From an uncultured delta proteobacterium (lineage in GTDB: Bacteria > Myxococcota > Myxococcia > Myxococcales > Myxococcaceae), in contig CAVQKE010000003.1 of assembly GCA_963713045.1 (NCBI GenBank), positions 416,001 through 480,000 on the forward strand: DNA of 64,000 nt, read 5' to 3'. Both the position numbers and the translations under genes were made by a program. Below are positions 29,839 through 38,051 of the stretch, one piece after another. Numbering within the stretch: the stretch's first letter is position 1; each line of letters begins with the position of its first letter. Below the pieces are notes generated by a model. It did no database searches. It was not told the origin of the DNA and saw nothing but the letters and a program-made list of their open reading frames with translations.

Positions 29839-30363
29839 CTAGCGCTGCGGCGCCCGGTGCGCGAGTTGGCCGATGAATTCGACCCGCGAACCTGGCACCA
29901 CGCCCACCTTCTCCGTCCAGCCGCCGGCCACCTCAAGGACGTAGACCGACGGCTTGCCGACGTCTCGGTTGTCGAGCGTCTGAGGCTCCGCCTGGGCGAT
30001 GATGCCGACCACCTGCCCGCTGTGGTCGAGAAACAGCATGTCCAAGGGCACCAACGTGTTGCGCATCCAGAAGGGGTGCACTTCTTCCCGCGGAAAGATG
30101 AAGAGCATCCCAGTTCCAGCTGGCACTGAGGTCCGCCACATCATCCCGCGGGTGCGCGCCGGCTGAGTGTCAGCAATCTCCACCTCAAGCGAATGCCTCC
30201 CGCCATAGGCGTCGTGAACCACCAGCTGCCCCTGGTCCAGCGGGGGGCCCACCCATTCCCTTGCGGTGACGTCACTGGACGACGACGGCGGCTTCGGCTG
30301 GGGCGGCGTCGGAGCCTGGCCGGTACAGGCCAGGCCGAGGAGCAGGACTGCAAGCGCTCTCAA
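29839..30363 (-). CDS. DUF192 family lipoprotein
   Basis: Lipobox GLAC; VEIADT...RGMMWR...GMLFIF...FWMRNTLVPLDMLF...VLEVAGG. Confidence 0.9.
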   Translation of the reverse strand: MRALAVLLLGLACTGQAPTPPQPKPPSSSSDVTAREWVGPPLDQGQLVVHDAYGGRHSLEVEIADTQPARTRGMMWRTSVPAGTGMLFIFPREEVHPFWMRNTLVPLDMLFLDHSGQVVGIIAQAEPQTLDNRDVGKPSVYVLEVAGGWTEKVGVVPGSRVEFIGQLAHRAPQR

Positions 30364-30746
30364 GGCTTGACCGTTTTGTTCAACAACTTTCCGGTCAGCT
30401 CGCGGCCCAGCGAGTCCGTCATCAGTCGCTCCACCAAGTCCTCGAAGGAAAACCGCTGCGCGTCATCGTTGTAGACGAAGCGGATGCCCATTCCGGCATC
30501 GTCCACATCTCCCTGCGACCAGACCACCTCGCCCAGCAGCTCGAACGGGTCGGTCCGGGTGGGGACGCCCAGCTTAAAGAGGAAGCGGGTCCCCACGGGA
30601 AGCGGTTTGCGCGTCCGAATGAAGGTGCCCCCCTTCGAGATGTTTTTCGTGTAATCGGCAAAGAAGCTATTCAGCTTCTTGTAGTCGACGCGCAACTCGA
30701 TGGGTGCTCGAGGGTGAACTCGACCGTCGCTCTTCGGTTCCGTCAT
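30360..30746 (-). CDS. Stand-alone PilZ-domain protein (myxobacterial type, possible PlpA orthologue)
   Basis: RVHPR (RxxxR) and NISKGG ([DN]xSxxG) motifs; GEVVW, GMGIRF. Confidence 0.88.
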   Translation of the reverse strand: MTEPKSDGRVHPRAPIELRVDYKKLNSFFADYTKNISKGGTFIRTRKPLPVGTRFLFKLGVPTRTDPFELLGEVVWSQGDVDDAGMGIRFVYNDDAQRFSFEDLVERLMTDSLGRELTGKLLNKTVKP

Positions 30747-30775
30747 CGCTTGGAGGCCGAGTATAGGGGACCTCG

Positions 30776-33097
30776 ATGGGCCGCGTCGTCACTCTTGCTG
30801 TGGCAGTGCTGCGCCGGCCGGCCGGATGGCTGCCGGTGGCCGCCGTGGCTGGGGTGGGCGCGCTCCTCGTTCGCATCCCGCTGTTTGGGCAGCCGGGGCT
30901 GGAACTGGCCCTGGGGGTGAACGCGCTGCTCACCCTGGCCGGGATGACGCTGGGGGCCACCGCCGTGACGCAGGCCCGCCGGCCTCCCCGCCTTCGCATC
31001 CCGCGGGTGCAACCCTCCGGGCCGGTCGGGACCGTGTTCACCGCACTGGGTGCGGCCTTTCTGCTCGGCACCTGCGCCGCGGCGGTCCCCTTCCTGGCGG
31101 CGGTGGTCCTGACGGAGCTCACCACGCCCTGCAGCCCGTGGGCCCAAAGCAGCCTCTACCCGCTGTTGGTGCTGCCCACCGCGCTTCTCGCCGCGGCCAC
31201 CGGCGTCTTCGCCCGAACACTGTTCTCCGGCCGGCTCGGAACACTGGCGGTCTGCCTGGCGCTGTTTCTGGCCTCGTTGGCGTGGACCGTTTGGCCCATC
31301 GCTGTTGGGCCGCAGGTCTTCGCCTACAATTTCTTTTTGGGCTGGTTTCCTGGGCCGCTCTACGACGAGGCGCTGCGCGCTTCCAGCTCGCTTCTGTGGT
31401 TTCGGCTGGAGAGCTTGCTGTGGGCCGCCCTGCTCGGCCTGGCTGCCACCGTCGCGTTGGTCCCCGCCGGCCAGGCCCGGGTTCCAGGCCGCGGGCGGGT
31501 CCTCCTCGGACTGGCTGCGGTGCTTCTGGCCATCATCCTCTTGGAGCTGCATGCCGTGGACCTCGGCTTTCGCGGCAGCGAGGCCCGCGTCCAACAGGTG
31601 CTGGGAGGTCGCGGTGAGACGACACACGCGGAGCTCTTCTTTCCAGCGGAGAAGCCCCAGGAGCAAGTGGACCGCCTACGCCGCGACGTGGAGTTTCGTT
31701 GGGAGCAGGTGGCCGAGTTTCTCGGCGGCGCCCCCGCCGGGAAGGTGCGGGTCTACGTGTTCCGGTCGCCCGAGGAGAAACAGCGGCTGGTCGGTGCCTC
31801 TGGCACTCAATTCGCCAAGGGCCTGGCGGTCTACCTCAACGAGGCACCCTTCCCCAACCCCGCGCTGGAGCACGAGTTGGTTCACGCCTTGGCGAGCCGC
31901 TTCGGCAAGGGGCCCTTCGGGACCACCGTCCGCTTCGGCGTGGTGCCGGTGATGGGGGTGGTTGAGGGCGTGGCGGTCGCCCCCGAAGAGACACGCGGCG
32001 ACCTCACCCTGCACGAGTGGGCGGCCGGCATGCGTCGCCAGAAGCTGATGCCGGACATCCGAGAGCTCTTCCGCCCCGAGGGCTTCTACCTGAGTGCGCC
32101 GGACCGGGCGTACACCGCCGCCGGCAGCTTCATCCGCTGGCTTCGGGACACCTTTGGCACCGCCAAGCTGCAGGCCCTCCTTGCGCACGCCGACTTCCAG
32201 GGCGTTTACGGCCAACCCCTGGAGGCCCTGGCCGGCGAGTGGGAGCGGATGCTCGACGCCATCCAACTCGACGACCGGAGCATCAACCGGGCCTTCAGCC
32301 GATTCCGACAAGGAAGTGTCTTTGCCAGGCCCTGTGCCCGGGAGGTGGCCGCCCTCTCGGCACAGTCCCACTCTGAAGCCAATCCACTTCGCGCCTTGGA
32401 GCTCGTCCGCCGCTGCGTCTCGCTCCAGCCGGACGAGCCCGGTCACGCCTTGCTCGAGGCGTCTCTGCTGGAGCGACTCGGTCGATTCTCCGAGGCGAGC
32501 CAGGTGCTGCTTCAGTTGCAGAATCGGGTGGAGGGGCTCCCGGCCCTGGAAGTGGAGGCGGGGCTGGCACGCGTTCGATTGGCCTTCCTCTCAGCAGAGT
32601 GGGACGACGCGCCGGCTCTCCTCGAGCAGATGGCCAGCGCCAAGCCTGGGCTCAACCTAGAACGACAGGTGGCGGTGTGGCGGAGTGCCGAAGCAGCCGG
32701 GGAGGCCGGGAGGATGGTGATGGCCTATTTGGCGCGCCCCGATGAGCTGCGCGAGGTGGGTTTGGAGCGGGCCTTGGCCCTGGCCCCCGAACAGCCACTG
32801 GTGCACTACCTCCTCGGGCGCAAACTCCTCGAGCTCGACGCGCCGGCCGCCGCTGGAGCACATTTGCGTACTGCCCTGACGCTCGGACTTCCCTCTCCGA
32901 TTGACCGCGAGGCGTGGCGGCTGCGCGTGTCGGCCGACTACCTGGCGGGGGATTGTGGCGCCGTTGCGGACGATGCCGGTCAGCTGCCCGACTTCGGTTT
33001 GGGGCTTCGGGCCGAAGTGACGGAATGGCAGGCGCGCTGCGCATTTGATGTCAAGACGTTCAAGGGTCCCCTGGTGCCGGCGGACCCTTTTCGCTAA
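30776..33097 (+). CDS. Multi-pass membrane protein with HExxH metallopeptidase-like domain and TPR-like tail
   Basis: About seven hydrophobic segments in the N-terminal third; HELVH followed by EGVAV (gluzincin-like); helical C-terminus. Confidence 0.7.
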   Translation: MGRVVTLAVAVLRRPAGWLPVAAVAGVGALLVRIPLFGQPGLELALGVNALLTLAGMTLGATAVTQARRPPRLRIPRVQPSGPVGTVFTALGAAFLLGTCAAAVPFLAAVVLTELTTPCSPWAQSSLYPLLVLPTALLAAATGVFARTLFSGRLGTLAVCLALFLASLAWTVWPIAVGPQVFAYNFFLGWFPGPLYDEALRASSSLLWFRLESLLWAALLGLAATVALVPAGQARVPGRGRVLLGLAAVLLAIILLELHAVDLGFRGSEARVQQVLGGRGETTHAELFFPAEKPQEQVDRLRRDVEFRWEQVAEFLGGAPAGKVRVYVFRSPEEKQRLVGASGTQFAKGLAVYLNEAPFPNPALEHELVHALASRFGKGPFGTTVRFGVVPVMGVVEGVAVAPEETRGDLTLHEWAAGMRRQKLMPDIRELFRPEGFYLSAPDRAYTAAGSFIRWLRDTFGTAKLQALLAHADFQGVYGQPLEALAGEWERMLDAIQLDDRSINRAFSRFRQGSVFARPCAREVAALSAQSHSEANPLRALELVRRCVSLQPDEPGHALLEASLLERLGRFSEASQVLLQLQNRVEGLPALEVEAGLARVRLAFLSAEWDDAPALLEQMASAKPGLNLERQVAVWRSAEAAGEAGRMVMAYLARPDELREVGLERALALAPEQPLVHYLLGRKLLELDAPAAAGAHLRTALTLGLPSPIDREAWRLRVSADYLAGDCGAVADDAGQLPDFGLGLRAEVTEWQARCAFDVKTFKGPLVPADPFR

Positions 33098-33111
33098 GGC
33101 TCCCCGCCCGC

Positions 33112-33645
33112 ATGCGCTTTGAGACACGAGCCTTTTTCGACGGAAGCCTGGAGGAGGTTGAGCAGGCGATGCTCGACCCTCGCTATCTGGACTATCTCTT
33201 GCATCACCATGAGGTCTTGCTCGAGGTGCAACTGCTGGAAAAGTCGGAGGAGGGGGCGATTGTGCGTCGCCGGGTCCGCTATCGGCCCAAACCAGTCATT
33301 GCCAGCGTGGGTCCGAAAGCGGTCCCGGCGGAGTGGTTTGCCTTCGTCGAAGAGTCCACCTACGACCGGGCGCGGCACGAGCTGCGCTTCACCAACGTCC
33401 CGGCCAACACCAAAATCAGCCGCCTCCTCCTCAACACCGGGACGTTACGTTTGCGGTCGGCCGGGTCCGGGTGCGAGCGGCTTCTGGAGGGCGAAATCAA
33501 GCTGTCCCTCCCCTTTTTCCTGAAGCCTCTGGCCATGGTGGGCGAACGCCTCATCCAGGGGGAAGGGTTGAAAATTCTCGACGCCGAGGCGCCCGTCCTC
33601 AACCGCTTCATCCGCGAAGTGCTCCGTCCGGCGGGGTCCGCGTGA
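33112..33645 (+). CDS. DUF2505-like (START/SRPBCC fold) protein
   Basis: 177-aa ORF with coding-like composition; pattern MRFETRAFF...FVEESTYDR...GEIKLSLP. Confidence 0.6.
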   Translation: MRFETRAFFDGSLEEVEQAMLDPRYLDYLLHHHEVLLEVQLLEKSEEGAIVRRRVRYRPKPVIASVGPKAVPAEWFAFVEESTYDRARHELRFTNVPANTKISRLLLNTGTLRLRSAGSGCERLLEGEIKLSLPFFLKPLAMVGERLIQGEGLKILDAEAPVLNRFIREVLRPAGSA

Positions 33646-34091
33646 AGAGGCGCTGGGCTCTGCTTCTCGCGGCCACCGTCGGCTGCGCAGCGCACAAAAT
33701 TCCGGGAACGGACATCGACGAGACGGCCGACGCGGACGCCATCATCGAAGTGCTCGGAAAGTACAACACCGCCATCGACGCGAGAGACGCAGCCGGAATC
33801 CTCGCCTTGGTCGACACCAGCTTTTACGACGACGCCGGCACGCTGACCCCAGAGGACGACCTCGACTACACCGCCTTGAAGACCAAGCTGCCGGTGATGC
33901 TTCAGAAATTCCAGGACGTGGGACTGAAGATTACCGTCAAGACGCTGGCCATCGCGGGTGACAAAGCCTCCTTGGTTTACAACTACGTCCTCACCTTTCG
34001 GATTGGACAGAAGGTGACGACCGAGTCGGACATCAAGCGAATGGACTTCAAGCGGGTGAACGGCGTCTGGAAAATCGTGAAGGGCGTCTAG
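33642..34091 (+). CDS. NTF2-like lipoprotein
   Basis: GTG at 33642 overlaps the upstream TGA; lipobox TVGC; C-terminal FKRVNGVWKIV typical of NTF2/SnoaL folds. Confidence 0.75.
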   Translation: MKRRWALLLAATVGCAAHKIPGTDIDETADADAIIEVLGKYNTAIDARDAAGILALVDTSFYDDAGTLTPEDDLDYTALKTKLPVMLQKFQDVGLKITVKTLAIAGDKASLVYNYVLTFRIGQKVTTESDIKRMDFKRVNGVWKIVKGV

Positions 34092-34100
34092 CAGCGGCTG

Positions 34101-34559
34101 TCAGTCGACCGGTGTGACACTCGCCTCCACCAGCCGCCATTCACCGTTCTCGTCGGCGAACAGCGCCTCGACGTGAAACTGGCCGGTTTGCGCCTCGGTG
34201 AGGGCGGCCAGCCCGGCCCCGCCGGCACGGGCCGCTGCCACTCGGCCCACCCAGCGCACCCGGCCGTCTGACTCGGGCTGCACCTCTGCCTGAAGCGTCA
34301 CCACCTTGAATCCGCTGCCGCGGAGCACTTCGCCCAGCACCACTCGGCGGAGGTCCGCCCGGTCCCCGAGGGTGGAGGAACGAAATTTCTCGGAGACGTG
34401 GCTCAGTACACCCGCGGCGTCGCGGCGCTCCAAGCCGCGCTCCATCTCCTGGACTGCAGCCCGGACGCTCTCCTCGGGCGAGGACGCATGGGGCCACAGC
34501 GCATAGACCCCCACGGCCAGGGCCAGTCCGAGCACTCCCAGGGCAAGTCTGCCTCTCAC
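34101..34559 (-). CDS. Membrane-anchored NTF2-like hypothetical protein
   Basis: GTG 34559 after GGAG; N-terminal TM helix; RRDAAGVLSHVSEKF...ENGEWRLVEA. Confidence 0.6.
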   Translation of the reverse strand: MRGRLALGVLGLALAVGVYALWPHASSPEESVRAAVQEMERGLERRDAAGVLSHVSEKFRSSTLGDRADLRRVVLGEVLRGSGFKVVTLQAEVQPESDGRVRWVGRVAAARAGGAGLAALTEAQTGQFHVEALFADENGEWRLVEASVTPVD

Positions 34560-34616
34560 CGGCTCCAGAGCATGCACCGCAAGCCACCCCGTCCGCGCTA
34601 GGGTGACGCCCCTGCC

Positions 34617-35594
34617 ATGTCCCCCACCTCGAAAAACGCCCGACAAGTCCCGAAGAAGCGGAAAGCACCCGTCCGCCGGCGCAAAGCGACAGTGCGGGGA
34701 CTGGCCGCCGGCCAGCTTTTGCAGGATGTGCCTGCCGACGCGATGGCGCTGGCCACAGCCATCACCGCCGACGGTGGAGTCCCACTGGTTGCGTTCCGAG
34801 ACCCTCTGGGCGGTCATGGGGTGGTCCTCGCCGCCCTACCGCTCAGCAAAGTCCAGCCAACTCCCTACCAACGCGACCTCTCTGAACCCCACGTGCGCCG
34901 CTTGGCCTCGGCCATGACGCGGGTCGACCGCTTCCTCGACCCCATCATCGCAGTCCGGCAGGAGGGTCAGTATTGGACGCCCAATGGCAACCACCGCCTC
35001 GCCGCGGCGCGCTTTCTCGGAGCCCAATCGGTGGTGGCCCTGGTACTGCCGGAGGCAGATGTGGCATTCCAAATTCTCGCGCTCAACACCGAAAAGGCGC
35101 ACAACCTCAAAGAGCGCTCTTTGGAAGTCATCCGCATGCTGCGGGGCCTAGCGGCTGCCCGGGGCGGCACTGAGTTGGACGTGGCGCCCCTGCTGGAAGA
35201 GCCGGCCTTTGCGACGCTGGGGGCCGCCTATGAAAAGCGGCCCCGCCTTTCCGGCGGCGCTTACCAATCCATCGTCAAGCGCATCGATGGCTTTCTGGAG
35301 GAGCCGTTGGTGGAGGCCCTTGCCATTCGCGAGGAGCGGGCCGACGCGTTACTCAAGCTCGACGACGCCGTGTCAGCAGTCGTGGAGCGGCTGAAGGCGC
35401 GCGGACTCACCAGCCCCTACCTCAAGGCCTTCGTGGTGGCGCGAATCAACTACCTTCGTTTCGTCAAGACAGCGCCGGAGTTTGACGCCGCGCTGGAGAA
35501 GCTCACTCGGGCGGCGGAGCGCTTCAGCGCGGACCGGGTGCGCCAGGAGGACGTGCGGGCCTCTGGGCCCCCGGATGCCACCGACGAAGGGTAG
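34617..35594 (+). CDS. ParB/Sulfiredoxin N-terminal-domain protein (orphan, no parA)
   Basis: VQPTPYQRDLS, FLDPIIAV, PNGNHRLAA; basic N-terminal tail. Confidence 0.8.
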   Translation: MSPTSKNARQVPKKRKAPVRRRKATVRGLAAGQLLQDVPADAMALATAITADGGVPLVAFRDPLGGHGVVLAALPLSKVQPTPYQRDLSEPHVRRLASAMTRVDRFLDPIIAVRQEGQYWTPNGNHRLAAARFLGAQSVVALVLPEADVAFQILALNTEKAHNLKERSLEVIRMLRGLAAARGGTELDVAPLLEEPAFATLGAAYEKRPRLSGGAYQSIVKRIDGFLEEPLVEALAIREERADALLKLDDAVSAVVERLKARGLTSPYLKAFVVARINYLRFVKTAPEFDAALEKLTRAAERFSADRVRQEDVRASGPPDATDEG

Positions 35595-35610
35595 AGTGCA
35601 GCGAGCGTCC

Positions 35611-36987
35611 ATGGCCAATTCCACCGTTCTCGTCGTCGATGATGACCGCGCCAATCTCGATTCGGTGGCGCGGATTTTTCAGCACGAGGGGCTGGCCACC
35701 CTCATCGCCTCCGACGGCGAAGAAGGATTGAAGCTTCTGCGGCGGCCCGAAGTGGGCGTGTTGGTAACGGACTTGATGATGCCCGGGCTGGATGGCCAGG
35801 AATTGCTGCGAACAGCGCGCTCGATGCGGCCGGATGTCGAAGTGGTGTTGATGACCGCCTACGGGACGGTGGAAGCCGCCGTCTCCGCGATGAAGGACGG
35901 CGCCTACGACTTCATCACCAAGCCGCTCAAGCGCCATGCCTTGGTCAAAACCGTTCAGCGGGCGATGGAGCACCGCGCGCTGATGGCTGAGAACGAGGCC
36001 CTCAAGGCGCAGCTGGCTGACCTCGGCGCACCCGGCGGACGGACGTTGATTGGCCAGTCGCCGGCGTTCCGGGCGCTGATGGAAACATTGCGCCAGGCGG
36101 CCGCGGCGCACGCCACCGTTCTCCTGGTCGGCGAGTCCGGGACCGGCAAGGAGCTGGCAGCTCGGGCCCTCCACGAGTTGTCGCCCCGGGCGAGTGGGCC
36201 CTTCGTCGCGGTCAACTGCGGCGCCATCCCAGAGACTCTTCTCGAAGCCGAACTCTTCGGCGTGGAGAAGGGGGCCTTTACCGGGGCACTCGCTCGACGC
36301 GAGGGTCGCTTCGAGCGCGCCCACGGGGGCACCCTGTTTCTCGACGAAGTGGGCGAGCTCTCCCTGAGTGCGCAGGTCAAGCTGCTCCGGGTGCTTCAGG
36401 AAGGCGAGATTGAACGACTCGGCGGCTCGGGCCCCATCACGGTGGACGTCCGGGTGGTGTCTGCAACGCGGCGCGAGTTGCCGCGGGAGGTGGCCGAGGG
36501 CAGGTTTCGCGAAGACCTCTACTACCGACTCAACGTGGTCGAGGTCCGCATTCCTCCACTCGCCTCGCGGCGGGAGGACGTGCCGCTCTTGGCCGACCAT
36601 TTTTTGCGCCGCTTCGCTGCCAAGAACGCCAAACCCCTCCGAGGCCTTTCCGCCGAGGCACTGCAGGCCTTGGAGGACTACGCCTGGCCTGGCAACGTCC
36701 GTGAATTGGAGCACGCCGTCGAGCGCGCGGTCGTCCTGGCCCGAGGCGAAGTGCTCGAGGTCGGCGACTTTCCCGAATCGGTCCGCACCGGGCCCAGAGG
36801 GGCAGCCGGCCAAGTGGTCATCCCCATCGGGACCCCGATGGAGGAGGTGGAGCGACGACTCATTCACGAGACGTTGCGCCATACCGGGGGGGACAAGACG
36901 ATGGCCGCTCGGCTGCTCGGCATCGCCGCGCGGACCATCTACCGGAAGCTCGAGCGCGAACGGGGCGACGAGCCCGAAGAGCCCTGA
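35611..36987 (+). CDS. NtrC-family sigma54-dependent response regulator (possible Nla4 orthologue by recalled synteny)
   Basis: Receiver domain (VVDDD, TDLMMP, TAYG, KP); [29 protein letters not shown]-terminal Fis-type HTH. Confidence 0.95.
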   Translation: MANSTVLVVDDDRANLDSVARIFQHEGLATLIASDGEEGLKLLRRPEVGVLVTDLMMPGLDGQELLRTARSMRPDVEVVLMTAYGTVEAAVSAMKDGAYDFITKPLKRHALVKTVQRAMEHRALMAENEALKAQLADLGAPGGRTLIGQSPAFRALMETLRQAAAAHATVLLVGESGTGKELAARALHELSPRASGPFVAVNCGAIPETLLEAELFGVEKGAFTGALARREGRFERAHGGTLFLDEVGELSLSAQVKLLRVLQEGEIERLGGSGPITVDVRVVSATRRELPREVAEGRFREDLYYRLNVVEVRIPPLASRREDVPLLADHFLRRFAAKNAKPLRGLSAEALQALEDYAWPGNVRELEHAVERAVVLARGEVLEVGDFPESVRTGPRGAAGQVVIPIGTPMEEVERRLIHETLRHTGGDKTMAARLLGIAARTIYRKLERERGDEPEEP

Positions 36988-37030
36988 CACGGCGTCTCGC
37001 CCGGCCCCAGGCCGCCGTGACAAAATGTCT
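36985..37030 (+). promoter_or_regulatory. Tandem putative enhancer (UAS) boxes
   Basis: TGACACGGCGTCT (36985-36997) and TGACAAAATGTCT (37018-37030); 13-mers starting 33 bp apart, upstream of a sigma54 promoter. Confidence 0.6.
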
Positions 37031-37080
37031 TAAACATCCGGAAGGGCCTCCAGCCGCCCCACGAGGCACCTGCCCGCTCG

Positions 37081-37097
37081 CTGGCATCTGGCTTGCT
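37081..37097 (+). promoter_or_regulatory. sigma54 (-24/-12) promoter of the T2SS operon
   Basis: CTGGCATCTGGCTTGCT closely matches YTGGCAC-N5-TTGCW with exact GG-N10-GC spacing; directly upstream of gspC. Confidence 0.8.
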
Positions 37098-37126
37098 GTA
37101 GCAACCCACCGGTGCCTACCGAGCCG

Positions 37127-38017
37127 TTGGAATTGCTGTTCCGAAAGTACTTCTGGGCAATCCAGCTTGCCTGCATTGCGACCGCTGCACTCCTGGCGGC
37201 CAAAATCGTCAATCTCTTCATCGAAGGAGCCATCCTCCCGAGCACTTCGTCGCCGACGGTGGTGGCGACCCGACCGGCCAGTCCTCTACAGACGGCCGCT
37301 GTTCTGGACGTCGAGCACTTCGCCCGGCTGACCGGGCTGGTTCCACCGGTCGAGCCGAGCCCCGACAGTCCGGGCAAAGTCGACTTGACCGGCGAGCCGG
37401 TACGCACCTCCATGCGGGCCAAACTGCTGGGCACCTTGCGCGCCGGCCAACCGGAATGGTCGCTCGCTTCGGTGCTGGAAGTCAGCGCCCAGCGAAGCGT
37501 GACGGTGATGGTTGGGGACCGCCTGTTGACCTCGACCGTACTGGACATCCTGCGCGACCGGGTCATCGTCCTTAACAACGGGCGGCGGGAGTACGTCAGC
37601 GCGGAAACCGGCGACACCGGAGCGCCGGGTCTGCCCACCACCACCAAGGTGACCGAGCCGGTGGGCGCCTGGGGGGCGGGCATCAACAAATTGGACCCCA
37701 ACAATTATGAAGTGCCCCGGTCGGAGGTGGATCGCGCCATCAACAACCTCAACGACCTTGCGATGCAGGCGCGCCTGGTACCGGCCTTCAAGGATGGTCA
37801 GCCAGAGGGCTTCAAGCTCTTCTCCATCCGGCCCGACTCCCTCTATTCGAAAATCGGCATCCAGAATGGCGATGTCATCACCCGCATCAACGGCTTGGAC
37901 ATGAACGACCCGGCCAAGGCGCTGGAAGTTTACACCAAGCTCAAAGACGCCCCGCGCATCGACGTCGATGTCGACCGAAACGGCACCATGCAGCGGATGA
38001 CTTACACCGTTCACTGA
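37127..38017 (+). CDS. gspC: T2SS protein GspC (with PDZ)
   Basis: N-terminal TM, AKLLGT homology region, PDZ (GFKLFSIRPDSLYSKIGIQNGDVITRING); TTG 37127, alternative GTG 37112. Confidence 0.92.
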   Translation: MELLFRKYFWAIQLACIATAALLAAKIVNLFIEGAILPSTSSPTVVATRPASPLQTAAVLDVEHFARLTGLVPPVEPSPDSPGKVDLTGEPVRTSMRAKLLGTLRAGQPEWSLASVLEVSAQRSVTVMVGDRLLTSTVLDILRDRVIVLNNGRREYVSAETGDTGAPGLPTTTKVTEPVGAWGAGINKLDPNNYEVPRSEVDRAINNLNDLAMQARLVPAFKDGQPEGFKLFSIRPDSLYSKIGIQNGDVITRINGLDMNDPAKALEVYTKLKDAPRIDVDVDRNGTMQRMTYTVH

Positions 38018-38051
38018 CCCCGCGTCCGCCGGTCGCGGGACCCCCCAGGAA

